Shown: positions 49,373 to 60,083, counted from the first letter of the stretch. The stretch: 64,000 bases of DNA from Nitrosopumilus sp. (GCA_965205675.1 OZ242186.1:1696001-1760000); one strand, 5' to 3'. A program made the numbers and translations. Notes: generated by a model not told the origin, from the sequence alone.

Positions 49373-52240
49373 TTATTCTATTAAAATTGCAGGCTTGAAT
49401 GGTCTTGCATGTCTTGTTTTTCCTTTAGGATCATAAACGTCATCATCGGATTCTGAATATACTGAAATCTCTACTCCAAATTCCTTTTTACCTATACTGG
49501 ATAATTCCTTTGAGAGGAATTCTTTTTCATTAAATGAATCTGATTCAAGCTTCATCTGTTTAATTTCTTCTGATTCTGAATGCAAATCTTTGATTATTTT
49601 TTGAATATAGTCTGGCATTTTTTTAGCCTCAATAGTTTCAGGATCTGCAATGAGTTCTTTCATTACAACCCCCATGTTGTTTTGACCACCAACCATGATT
49701 TTTAGTATTTTGCGATATAATTTAGATTTTACATAATCTGAATTTACATAGATTACAATTTTTTGCGGTGTAATTTTTGTAACTTTGAGAATATTTGCAA
49801 TGTCACCCATAGTTGATTTGAGTAATTCCTCTGATTGAATTGATGTGGCATCTAGTTTCTCTTTAGAGAATTCAGGCCAGGGGGATTTTGATACTAGAAC
49901 AGAATTTCCTAATTTTTCCCACATTTCTTCAGTAATATGTGGTGCGAATGGAGATAACATTGCAACACGAATAGAATTGATGTGATGTAATATTCCTGAT
50001 ACATCGGTTCTTTCTTTAGCTTGTACCCTTTTATGATACCAACTCAAATCAGATTCAAATGTAAATAAAATATGATGTAATGCTTCACGTAATCTCATTT
50101 TTTCAACAGCTTCTGTAACCTGTATTATCATACTCTGAGTTTTCGATAAAATCCATCTATCTTCTGCTTGTATCTCTCCAATGACTCTCTTTTTGAGCCT
50201 AGAGCACTCTTCTAATAATGATTCTAGTTTATTTTGAATGCCATACACTGATTCCATATTAAAATCAGCATCTTGGAGTAATTCTGCAGATGATATTATT
50301 GCCAATCTGATTGGATCTGCTCCATGATCCCTAATTGCAGTTCTTAATGGGATGATATTTCCCATACTCTTACTCATTTTAGCACCATCCATCATTACAC
50401 TACCATTAACTACAATTTCCTGTGGCCATAATTTCTCATCAAAGATTGCAACATGGTTTAAAACAAAAAATGATAAGTGATTTTGTACCAGATCTCGTCC
50501 TGAATGTCTTGAATCAACTGGGTAGAAATATTTGAATTCTTTTTTTAATGTTTCAATGGTATTCTCAGTAAGCTTGGAAGTGCCAACAGCTAATGCAATA
50601 TCTCCTTTATCAAGTAAAATATAATCAAAGAGTTCTCTAGTTAGGTTATCAGGAGTCAGGGTTCCATCATTTACAAATCGTGAAATAGTATAGTATGCCA
50701 TGTAAATTACACTATCAGATAATGATTCTACAACCCAATCGTTATCCCATGGTAATTTTGTTCCTAATCCTTGTTGTCTTGCACAAGCTCGTTCATGTAA
50801 CCAGTCAACTACTTCATTGAACTCTGTTTGAATATTACTTGGTAAGATATTCATTTTGTCAAAACAATTACAAGCTAATTTCTTCCATTCTTCATCCCCA
50901 TAATTCAAAAACCATTGATTGTTCAATACCTTAACAACACATTCTGCCCCGCATCTACAATGCACTGGTGCGTTTTCAAGTATTGGGAATTTTTCTAGAT
51001 AGTTATTTTCTTGGAGCCATGTCCTTACTTTATCTCGACCAAACTGTACTTTTTCATTATTGAACTCTTCACATTTTTCATTTAGTTTTCCATCTGTGAA
51101 TTCTTTGAGATACAACTCCTTTGTGGCCTCTTCTAATTTTTGATCTGTTTGGTCCGAAATTCCTAATTTTTCACAAATCTGTTTTGCGGGAATAGTGTCA
51201 TATCCTTCAGTCACAATAATCGGAATAGGCTCGATTTTAAGTGCTAATTCATGATTTTTGATCTTTAAATCCATCAATGCACGGTAATCTTTTGGAGCAT
51301 GAGCTGGTACTGACATTACAAGTCCGGTTCCCATTCCAGGCTCTACAAATTCTGCCGGTAGTATTGGGATTTCTTGTCCATTTTGATTCATGACATTCTT
51401 TCCAATGATTTCACTACCAGAAATATCTCCAATGATTTTAACTTGTTTTTCAAAAAACTCTATTTTTTTTGCACATTGCTCTGAAACTATCCATGTCTCA
51501 TTGTCTACTGTAACTTTTTTGTATATTATATTTGGATTCATCCACAAATTTGTTACTCCAAAAATTGTTTCAGGTCGTAGTGTTGTAACTGGAAAAATAA
51601 ATTCACCAAATGAAAATTTAACTAGAAAATTTTTATCGTCAATCTTTGGTTCAACGTCACCCATTGTATCATGCTGTGATACGGGATTTTGATCAACAGG
51701 ACACCAGCCAACCGGATGACTACCTTGAATTATTCTTCCACTTTCTTTAAGAGTAGTAATTTGCCATTCAATAAATTTTTGATAGCCTGGCACTATGGTA
51801 GTAAACTCTCGCCTCCAATCAATGGAATAACCCATCTCAATCATTCCAGATTTTATCTCTTCATGAAAATAATCTGCAATCTTTATTGGCTCAACAAATG
51901 TTTTAATATTCTCTTCTGGAACATGATACACATTTCTTAATCCATCCAGGATTTCTTTTTCTCCAGCTTGAATTCTTTTAGCCATTCCAAGTATGGGTGT
52001 ACCCGTATAATGGAACCCCATTGGGAATAATACGTTATATCCTTGCATTCGATAAAACCTTGCATGAACATCAGCTAATGTGTATGTTCTTCCATGTCCA
52101 ATGTGTTGTGGAGAATTTGGATATGGATATGCAACTGTAATGAATTTTTTTGGTTTTTCATTTGGATTTGTCTCAAAATCTTTTGACTCCATCCATTTGT
52201 TTTGCCATTTTGTTTCTATTTCGTTCCAGTTAATTGTCAT
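49373..52240 (-). CDS. leuS: Leucine--tRNA ligase
   Basis: YPYPNSPQHIGH, TLRPET editing motif, KMSKS. Confidence 0.96.
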   Translation of the reverse strand: MTINWNEIETKWQNKWMESKDFETNPNEKPKKFITVAYPYPNSPQHIGHGRTYTLADVHARFYRMQGYNVLFPMGFHYTGTPILGMAKRIQAGEKEILDGLRNVYHVPEENIKTFVEPIKIADYFHEEIKSGMIEMGYSIDWRREFTTIVPGYQKFIEWQITTLKESGRIIQGSHPVGWCPVDQNPVSQHDTMGDVEPKIDDKNFLVKFSFGEFIFPVTTLRPETIFGVTNLWMNPNIIYKKVTVDNETWIVSEQCAKKIEFFEKQVKIIGDISGSEIIGKNVMNQNGQEIPILPAEFVEPGMGTGLVMSVPAHAPKDYRALMDLKIKNHELALKIEPIPIIVTEGYDTIPAKQICEKLGISDQTDQKLEEATKELYLKEFTDGKLNEKCEEFNNEKVQFGRDKVRTWLQENNYLEKFPILENAPVHCRCGAECVVKVLNNQWFLNYGDEEWKKLACNCFDKMNILPSNIQTEFNEVVDWLHERACARQQGLGTKLPWDNDWVVESLSDSVIYMAYYTISRFVNDGTLTPDNLTRELFDYILLDKGDIALAVGTSKLTENTIETLKKEFKYFYPVDSRHSGRDLVQNHLSFFVLNHVAIFDEKLWPQEIVVNGSVMMDGAKMSKSMGNIIPLRTAIRDHGADPIRLAIISSAELLQDADFNMESVYGIQNKLESLLEECSRLKKRVIGEIQAEDRWILSKTQSMIIQVTEAVEKMRLREALHHILFTFESDLSWYHKRVQAKERTDVSGILHHINSIRVAMLSPFAPHITEEMWEKLGNSVLVSKSPWPEFSKEKLDATSIQSEELLKSTMGDIANILKVTKITPQKIVIYVNSDYVKSKLYRKILKIMVGGQNNMGVVMKELIADPETIEAKKMPDYIQKIIKDLHSESEEIKQMKLESDSFNEKEFLSKELSSIGKKEFGVEISVYSESDDDVYDPKGKTRHARPFKPAILIE

Positions 52241-52244
52241 AATG

Positions 52245-54914
52245 TTATCCTAAAACCATTGATTTTGCTTTGGCTATTGCCTTGTCTTTTTTAGATGTGT
52301 CTTTTCCTCCACCTTGGGCAAATTTAGCATCACCACCACCAGAACCTCCTAGAATTGAGGCTATTTCTTTGACAATCTCACCTGAATTTATACCTGATTG
52401 CTCTCCTGCAAATATTAATATACAAATTGTAGATCCTGCTTCAAAAATTCCACAAAATGCAGCTGTACCATCTTTTGCAACTAGTTTCTTGCCAAAGTTT
52501 TGATGGAAATAATTATCATATGCCTCATCGGATGTAAAACAAATTTTGTTATTTACTGTAATACCGTCTATCTCCCCTGATTCTTCTGTCAGAATTTTTT
52601 CTAACAGTATGGGAATTTTCTCTCTTGTTTTTTCTTTATTTTCTTCACGTTGTTTCTCCAATGCTTGTTTTGCGATAGTTTCTTGTTCTTGTTTTTTTGA
52701 TTCTTCTTCTTTATCTTTTACGTATTGAAATGCTGTAGGACCTGAAACAAATTCTATACGAACTACTCCGTCTTGAATTCTTTTAGTTTTTGTAATTTTG
52801 ATTAACTCAATATCTCCCGTCTTTTTTACATGGGTTCCACCACATGCTTCAATGTCTTTATCCTCAATTGATACAATTCTAACTAACTTTACTGGAACTA
52901 CTCCCCCCTGATAAATTCTAAATCCATACTTTTGTTCTGCAGTTCCTCTATCATAGTAATCAATGTTTACTGGATAATTTTCTTTTATCATCTGATTAGC
53001 TGCGTCTTCAATCTGGTTTACTTGCTGTTCAGTTAATGATGAATGATGTGTTATATCCAATCTTGCATGATCATCATCTTTGAATGCAGAATGCTGCCAG
53101 ATCCAAGAACCCAAAATCTTTCGTGATGATGCGTTGATAATATGGGTACTAGTGTGGTTTTTTGTAATGTTGAAACGACGAGTTTCATCAACCTTACATT
53201 GTATTGTTTCTCCCTCTTTTGGCACTCCACCTTCTAACTGATGAACAATAATGTCTGCATGTTTATCTACGTTAATTACCTTGAATCCTGCAATATTTCC
53301 CAAATCTGGTTCTTGACCTCCGCCTCTTGCATAAAATGAAGTTCTATCTAATACCACTTGATCATCAAAAACCTTGATTACTTTAGCCTCAAACTCCATT
53401 GGATCATCTTTGTAAAAGAGAGTCTCAGTTTCAGGTAGTTCTTCTAGTGGAAGTTCTGCAATTGTCTTTTTCTTTTCAGATTGATGCAAATCAGATAATT
53501 TTGAATAAAATGATGATGGAATTTCACTGATTGCCTCTACTTCTTTGAGATATTCTGGTGTAATTCCATCTGATTCATACAGTGTGATGAGTTCGTCTAC
53601 TGACGGCATGTCTTTTTCACGTATTTTCTCTGCCTTCTTCTTCATGTGGATTTTGGATTCTTCATATCGCGTAGATTCTATCTTGAGAATTTTTTTCACG
53701 TCTTCTCTTTTCTCATCTAGTTCAGGATAGGTGTCTTTGAGATAATCAATATGAGCATCAATTAACTCATCAATGTCTAATTTTAGATTCAATCGGTTAA
53801 TTGTCCCATTGATTCTCCGCAACATCATTCTGAGGTTATATCCTCCACCAACATTGCTTGGCAAAGCTCCATCTGTTATTGCAAAGATTAGAGTTCTCAA
53901 ATGATCTGCAATTAGATAGATTCCCTCAAGTGGTGTAATCATTTTTTCTAGCTGGGAATCTGTAATTTTCGCATTCTTTATTGCAAGACATCTGACGTGA
54001 TTTAGATCATCAAAATGATCAATTTCTTTTGCGATTTCAGTAAAATATTTCTTCAAAACTTTAGAATCGGGATCAATCCCAATTGTCTCAAATAATTTTC
54101 CATTTACTGGACCAAAACAGCAATCATATGCTGTAGGTGTGCCCATAGTAATCCATGCAAATCTCTCAAGGCCTGCACCCATGTCTATTACTCGTTGATC
54201 AAGTGTTGTATGTTGTCCTAATTCTCCTTGGAATTCAGTAAACACTGCATTTCCTAATTCCAATCCCCGTACAAAATATTCTAAAGAAGGTCCAAAAGAA
54301 CCTCCTCCTGCCCACACGTCTTCAACAAACACTACTTCTTCTTCTTTAATTCCAAATTGATTTGTTAATAATCTAAAATCTAAATCAATACATTCATCTT
54401 TCCAATAACCTCCCAAATCAGGAATGCTATGTTGTCCAATCATACAGAAACTTGAAAAGTGTCGTCCTGTAACTCCTACATTTTCTAAATCTTTGAAACG
54501 TAAACATGTTTGTGGAACTATTAACGGATTGGCTGGAAATTCAAAAACAACTTTGGAGCCCATTACTCTTTGAAAGTCCACAACTGATGCAATTGTAAAA
54601 AATAAATCGTCTCGCCATCTACAAACAACTGGATATCTGTTAACGGAGGTGTGGTTATTTTTTACAAAAAATTCTTCTATTTGTTTCCATGCTTGTGTAT
54701 AATCAAATCTTTTGTTAGTTGGTGGCTCACCAATGAATGAGTATGTATCTATTCCATCATCTGGACATAAGTTTCTATCTGCATTTAGAGTCCAAAAAAA
54801 TCTACCACATTTGGCACATGATTTTCTTACAAATCCGTGTTCTTGGAATAATTTAACATTATAGTATTTTTCCGAATTTGATGAAAATTCTTTTAGAATA
54901 TCTTTTTTATCCAA
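52245..54914 (-). CDS. alaS: Alanine--tRNA ligase
   Basis: IDMGAGLERF, IADHLR, NHTSTH, CGGTH, C-Ala GGSGGG..AQGG. Confidence 0.97.
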   Translation of the reverse strand: MDKKDILKEFSSNSEKYYNVKLFQEHGFVRKSCAKCGRFFWTLNADRNLCPDDGIDTYSFIGEPPTNKRFDYTQAWKQIEEFFVKNNHTSVNRYPVVCRWRDDLFFTIASVVDFQRVMGSKVVFEFPANPLIVPQTCLRFKDLENVGVTGRHFSSFCMIGQHSIPDLGGYWKDECIDLDFRLLTNQFGIKEEEVVFVEDVWAGGGSFGPSLEYFVRGLELGNAVFTEFQGELGQHTTLDQRVIDMGAGLERFAWITMGTPTAYDCCFGPVNGKLFETIGIDPDSKVLKKYFTEIAKEIDHFDDLNHVRCLAIKNAKITDSQLEKMITPLEGIYLIADHLRTLIFAITDGALPSNVGGGYNLRMMLRRINGTINRLNLKLDIDELIDAHIDYLKDTYPELDEKREDVKKILKIESTRYEESKIHMKKKAEKIREKDMPSVDELITLYESDGITPEYLKEVEAISEIPSSFYSKLSDLHQSEKKKTIAELPLEELPETETLFYKDDPMEFEAKVIKVFDDQVVLDRTSFYARGGGQEPDLGNIAGFKVINVDKHADIIVHQLEGGVPKEGETIQCKVDETRRFNITKNHTSTHIINASSRKILGSWIWQHSAFKDDDHARLDITHHSSLTEQQVNQIEDAANQMIKENYPVNIDYYDRGTAEQKYGFRIYQGGVVPVKLVRIVSIEDKDIEACGGTHVKKTGDIELIKITKTKRIQDGVVRIEFVSGPTAFQYVKDKEEESKKQEQETIAKQALEKQREENKEKTREKIPILLEKILTEESGEIDGITVNNKICFTSDEAYDNYFHQNFGKKLVAKDGTAAFCGIFEAGSTICILIFAGEQSGINSGEIVKEIASILGGSGGGDAKFAQGGGKDTSKKDKAIAKAKSMVLG

Positions 54915-54969
54915 CGATGAGCCTGTTCCAATCCAATATTAAGAATTACCGCTGACTAATTGAAGATAG

Positions 54970-55230
54970 AACGTTAGACATACCTGCTTGCAAGGTGACA
55001 TGAACAACAACAAGATGAAGCGACTAAGCAAAGAATTTTGTGACAGAGAAAAAGTTGTGAGAAGAATCAAAAAAGAAGACACTAATAATTGACAGTTATC
55101 AAATTTATCACAATTACGTCAGATCTCATATGGGGTTAGATTACAAGACATCTGCTGATGTATGCGGTATCGGTATAAAAGGTGAAAACAAATGGAAAAC
55201 CATGACAGGGAACACAAGTATGGAATAAAG
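54970..55230 (+). pseudogene. DDE transposase 3' remnant (IS6/IS1-like)
   Basis: GDMNNNKMKRL...DREKVVR, IYHNYVRSHMGL..KTSA...GENKWKT. Confidence 0.65.
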
Positions 55231-55303
55231 GAAGGAGTCAAGCTTGGCATAAAGTGTACTTGATTGACAGTAGATTTTCTAGTTTAAGTTATTGACAACA
55301 CAT

Positions 55304-56610
55304 CAGTAGATGGGAAAGTAACTCAATTTAGATCAAAAACTATCAATTATTCAATCAATCTATTCAGATAGAAAAAGCTTGATGGAAGTATGTCACTCCA
55401 TCAAATATGCATTGTACTTCATTTGATACCATGACACACCAAGGCGTGATACTATCTAAAGCATTTGAGATTATCACTAAAATAATGTACAGTATCTTGT
55501 TGTTTCCATGCTCTAGTAAAAATAACTCACGGTTCCACAATGCTGATGCACACAATTCTGTCATGTCATTGTGTTTGGGAAATTCATATTCTGAATCTGG
55601 ATTAAAGAGACTGGCAATGGAATCAGATAATGCTTCTCCAACTGGTTCATAGTTGAGAAAAATCATATCAAAAATATCACAAAAAACAATGCAAATTCAA
55701 TTACATCAGTCACTAGATAGTACAGTATCAAAATTACAAGAATTGGGAGTATTGGAACAACCAGTTACTGTAGCAATTGACAAACATCTAATCCCAAGAT
55801 ATGACAAATTGCCAAACCATTCTTTAATAAAATCAAAATCAAAAAACAGTACTACTCATTTTGAGAGTTACTGCACCATGCAATGTGTAGAAAAAAGAAT
55901 CAGGGCTCAATTAGGTTGTTATCCTTTGTATGACAACAAATCAAATGCCGATTTTGTGCGTAAATTACTCTCTGATGGCATCAATAATGGAATCAAGATT
56001 AAACTATTGCTAGTGGATAGGGAGTTTTTCACAGCTGGAACAATTTCAGAAATAAAACAAAAGAATCTGAAATTTCTAATGCCTGCAAAAAAGAATTCTC
56101 GAATCAAAGATGCAATTGTACAATACGTTAATGGAGATAGAAAGTCAATCTCGCCATACACAATAAAATCATCATCAGTACATGTAGAATCATTTAATCT
56201 AGTTATTCTGCCAAACAAAAATGCAAGAAAAAAATCAGATATTATTGATCAGTATGTTGTGTTTGCAACAAACGTTTCACCAAAAGAAATATCATATAAC
56301 ATACAAAACATTCCAACTGATTACAAGAAACGTTGGGGAATTGAAACAGGATATGCATGTGTGGGAAGGTTCAGACCAAAGACTACTAGTGGGAATCAAT
56401 CCATAAGATTGTTGTATTTTTACTATTCATTGATTTTGTACATTGCTAATTTGATTATCTCAGAAGAAACTAATGTAAAAAATTACAAACCAATAATATC
56501 AATTGAAATTCTCAAATATTTCTTTGTAAAGATAATTATTCATTATTTTAGAAATAACAAAAATAATTATTTTCTAGAATGTGTAACTTGAGTTACTTTC
56601 CCATCTACTG
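55304..56610 (+). mobile_element. Full-length ISH3-like (IS4-superfamily) element; transposase 55407-56591 has one in-frame TAG
   Basis: 23-bp perfect TIRs CAGTAGATGGGAAAGTAACTCAA; 6-bp direct repeat ACACAT; VAID, DREFF, YKKRWGIETGY motifs. Confidence 0.92.
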
Positions 56611-56714
56611 ACACATCCTAAAACCCTCCAATACATCATGATTTCATTAACTGTCAGTCTGTCGTTGCTTCTTGGATGTCTTGTTTTAGAGGGTTTTGAA
56701 ATGCATTGTTTTAT

Positions 56715-57049
56715 CAGTACTTGGGAAAGTAATCCAATTTAGACCACAAACTAACCATTATTTCATCAGTTAAACAACAAATTTGGATAGAAAAAGATTG
56801 ATGGAGGTATGCTGCTCCATCAAATATGAATCATAATCTTGATTTTGCACACCTTAGAAATTCAACAACTCAAGCATTTGCAAATATTGCTAAAATAATG
56901 TGCACAACATTGTTGTTTTCTTGCTCACAAAAAAAGTAATGCCATATACGATTCAGAGGATAATTGAAAACCTGTGTTATGTTGTTAGCGCTTTAGAAAA
57001 CAATGAGCCATGTTTTGTCTTTTCGCTATAGTTACTTTCCCAAGTACTG
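56715..57049 (+). mobile_element. Non-autonomous deletion derivative (MITE-B) of a related ISH3-like element
   Basis: TIRs CAGTACTTGGGAAAGTAA; 5-bp direct repeat TTTAT; 5' part homologous to the start of the 55304 element; MITE-A end at about 57013-57030. Confidence 0.88.
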
Positions 57050-57150
57050 TTTATTGTAATGCTTTGTTGTTGAGTGATTTTATTTTTGTGAAGCAATATG
57101 CCCAAGTCTTAACTAATTAAATAATTTATAAAATAGATAGTACATTTTAT

Positions 57151-58611
57151 TTATTGGATTATTTTTTTGATTTGTTTTTCCAAATCTATGATAGAAGAAC
57201 TAATTTTATTTTCACGTTCTGATATAATCATTCTATATTTATCGATCTTTTGAGTTCTATCAGAAATCATTCTTTTTTGCTCATCATAACCTGAAGAACC
57301 AAGAGATTTCCTATCTTTAAGAGATGAAACAACAGTTGTGGAGGATATAATTTTAGATACAATTTTAGAGTCAACTTTGGTATCAGATACAGATTTTTTG
57401 ATTTCAGAAGGAGTTAATTTTGAAATGGGTTTTTTTGAATTGTGAGCCAATTGAACCAAAGCTCCTGAAATTTTATGAGTCACTCTAAATGAAATTCCTT
57501 CTTGGACTAATTTTTCAGCAATATCTAATGCAATAAGATTACTTGATTCAGTTACTTTTTTCATTTGTTTTTCGTTTACTTTCAAAGTCAAAAGAATTGA
57601 TTTTAAAATTAATAAAGCACTGATAGAAATTTTTGATGTAGACCAGATTGATGATTTAATTTGTTGCAAATCTCGTCCATATCCAGACGCTAATCCTTTA
57701 ACAGTTGTTAAAATTGCAGTCAAATTTCCAATTATTTCAGATGTTTTTCCTCGTGTTAATTCTAAGATATCAGGATTCTTTTTTTGTGGCATTACACTAG
57801 ATGGAGATGTAAATTCATCTGAAAGTTCAATAAATGAAAATTCAGAAGTAGACCAAATTACAAAGTCTTCTGAAATTTTACTAAGATTAGTCATCAAAAT
57901 AGAAATCATTGCAACATATTCTGCTACAAAATCTCGTGTGCTTGTAGCATCAATAGAATTTTCAACAAGACCATCAAAACCTAACATCTTTGCTGTACTG
58001 TATCGGTCAATTGGTATACTTGTTCCACCTACAGGTCCTGCTCCAAGAGGACTTTGGTTAATGCGTTTAAATGTGTCAAATAATCTTTCAAAATCTCTTG
58101 TTAAAGCATCTGCTTGAGCTAAAAGATAATGTGAAAAAAGACCAGCTTGTGCTTGTTGTAGATGAGTATAAAGAGGCATGATAGTTTTTTGATGATTTTT
58201 AGCTACAGATACAAAGGACTCGATAGTATCCAATAAGCAATTACAAATAATATTGATATCATCTCGAATTTTCATTCGAATATCTAATACAACTTGATCA
58301 TTTCGAGATCTTGCAGTATGCATTTTCCCTCCACTTGCCATACCTGCTTTCTTTATTACCAACATTTCAATTAGTTCATGAATATCTTCTGCATCAGATG
58401 AAGTATCAAACTTCTTATTTTTTAAATTCTCTAAAGTAGATAAAATTTTTTTTGTGTCATTTTTTGTAATAATATCATTTTCAAACAACATCAAGACATG
58501 AGCTTGACTTCCAAGAATATCATAAAGAGCGATTTCAGAATCATCATTAATTGATGAAACATAATCTAGAGTGACATTACTCAAATCAGTACCAAGACGA
58601 GAACGATACAT
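57151..58611 (-). CDS. argH: Argininosuccinate lyase
   Basis: EDIH, HTARSRNDQV, YTHLQ.AQ, SSVMPQKKNPD. Confidence 0.96.
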   Translation of the reverse strand: MYRSRLGTDLSNVTLDYVSSINDDSEIALYDILGSQAHVLMLFENDIITKNDTKKILSTLENLKNKKFDTSSDAEDIHELIEMLVIKKAGMASGGKMHTARSRNDQVVLDIRMKIRDDINIICNCLLDTIESFVSVAKNHQKTIMPLYTHLQQAQAGLFSHYLLAQADALTRDFERLFDTFKRINQSPLGAGPVGGTSIPIDRYSTAKMLGFDGLVENSIDATSTRDFVAEYVAMISILMTNLSKISEDFVIWSTSEFSFIELSDEFTSPSSVMPQKKNPDILELTRGKTSEIIGNLTAILTTVKGLASGYGRDLQQIKSSIWSTSKISISALLILKSILLTLKVNEKQMKKVTESSNLIALDIAEKLVQEGISFRVTHKISGALVQLAHNSKKPISKLTPSEIKKSVSDTKVDSKIVSKIISSTTVVSSLKDRKSLGSSGYDEQKRMISDRTQKIDKYRMIISERENKISSSIIDLEKQIKKIIQ

Positions 58612-58660
58612 TACCTAAGGTTCTAGAATGGTTATATATAGCATCGATGGTTTTCTCCAC

Positions 58661-58984
58661 ATGAGCCAAGATATCAAACAGATGCGAGTGAAAATATTTG
58701 ATGAGCTATCAAAGATTGTAGATCCAGAAATTAACACATCAATTGTAGAACTGGAATTAATTGATGAAGTAGATATCAACGACAGTAATGTCAAAGTGGA
58801 TTTACATCTAACAAGCCCATTCTGTCCAGCAGTATTTGGTTTTAAGATTTGTCAAGATGTTCATGATAATCTTTTGAAAGTAGATGGAGTAGATGACGTT
58901 AAAGTTAATGTCTCAAATCACTTTATGGCTGAACAGATCAACAATCAAGTTAACAATAGTCCAAATCCAAAAAAATTAGATTAA
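58661..58984 (+). CDS. DUF59/SufT-like Fe-S cluster assembly protein
   Basis: DPEINTSIVEL, LTSPFCP. Confidence 0.9.
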   Translation: MSQDIKQMRVKIFDELSKIVDPEINTSIVELELIDEVDINDSNVKVDLHLTSPFCPAVFGFKICQDVHDNLLKVDGVDDVKVNVSNHFMAEQINNQVNNSPNPKKLD

Positions 58985-59736
58985 CTTCTAAAACCTAACA
59001 TGTATCCTCGGAGTAGTTGGATTCCCATTGCAGGATCAACACCTTTTGGACATACTTGACTACAAGAACCAGCAAAATGACATCTCCAAATACCGTGAGA
59101 ATCATCAATTATTTTTAATCTAGAATCTTTACCTTTATCTCTGCTATCAGCAACATATCGATATGCTTGAGCCAATGCCTGAGGACCAACAAAAGATGAA
59201 TCAGTAGCCATTGTTGGACACGCAGAATTACATAAACCACATTTGATACAATTTGCAAATTGAATGTATTGTTCCACCTCTTCAGGAGATTGTAGAAATT
59301 CTTTTTCATCAGAGTTTAATTCGGTATCATCTCTAATTAGATATGGTTTGATTTTTTGATGAGTGTCAAATAATTTTTCAAATCTTACTGCCAAATCACG
59401 AATTACAGGGAAATTATTCATTGGTTCAACTGTAACAACATTAGAATCTAATTCACTGATTTTTGTAAAACACGCTAATCGAGGTTTTCCATTAATAATC
59501 ATTCCACATGAACCACATGTAGCTTGTCTACAAGAATAACGAACTGCAACAGAATGATCAAGATGTTTTTTCACATCAAGAATAGCTTCTAGAACAGTTG
59601 TCCATTTTTCATATTTGACATTAAATTCCATGAATTGACTCGAGTCATCATGTTCTGGATTATATCTTGAAATTTTAAGAAGGGCTGATTTTGCCGTTGG
59701 GGATTGTTCGTTTAAGATACCAGAAACTTGTGCCAT
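58981..59736 (-). CDS. sdhB: Succinate dehydrogenase iron-sulfur subunit
   Basis: SCRQATCGSC, CIKCGLCNSACP, CHFAGSCSQVCP. Confidence 0.96.
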   Translation of the reverse strand: MAQVSGILNEQSPTAKSALLKISRYNPEHDDSSQFMEFNVKYEKWTTVLEAILDVKKHLDHSVAVRYSCRQATCGSCGMIINGKPRLACFTKISELDSNVVTVEPMNNFPVIRDLAVRFEKLFDTHQKIKPYLIRDDTELNSDEKEFLQSPEEVEQYIQFANCIKCGLCNSACPTMATDSSFVGPQALAQAYRYVADSRDKGKDSRLKIIDDSHGIWRCHFAGSCSQVCPKGVDPAMGIQLLRGYMLGFRS

Positions 59737-59738
59737 TT

Positions 59739-60083
59739 CTATGCCATTCCCATGTTAGTCATAATAATTGTTCTTGAGCCGTAGGCTATTAACCCAATCA
59801 TTGCTGCAAGACAACCATACGAAACAGCTTTTTCATACATTCTTCCTTGTTTTAATTCAAGTAAGATTACTCGAAGTCCATTAAATCCATGAACAGATAA
59901 TAAAATGAGAATTATTTCTAACATTATAGCATATGGAATGAATTTGTAGTTTGCCAAAACATTCTCATAATTCAGAGATTCTGCATATCCCATTGTTAAA
60001 CGCATTAAAATGTGAACTGCGACTAATGCCACAGCTGCTAAAGCAGTTCCATAGTGAATTTTCATTATTGTACTTTCTCGCAT
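59739..60083 (-). CDS. sdhD: Succinate dehydrogenase membrane anchor
   Basis: Three TMs, HGFNGLR heme motif; operon position. Confidence 0.88.
   Translation of the reverse strand: MRESTIMKIHYGTALAAVALVAVHILMRLTMGYAESLNYENVLANYKFIPYAIMLEIILILLSVHGFNGLRVILLELKQGRMYEKAVSYGCLAAMIGLIAYGSRTIIMTNMGMA

Noticed and set aside
55650-55652. In-frame TAG as pyrrolysine recoding
   Set aside because: No pyl genes in the window, other genes use TAG as a normal stop, and it lies in a transposase where TGG>TAG decay is simpler.
56620-56697. Short inverted pair AAAACCCTC/GAGGGTTTT between the two ISH3-like elements
   Set aside because: Only 9 bp, single copy, and no clear target duplication.
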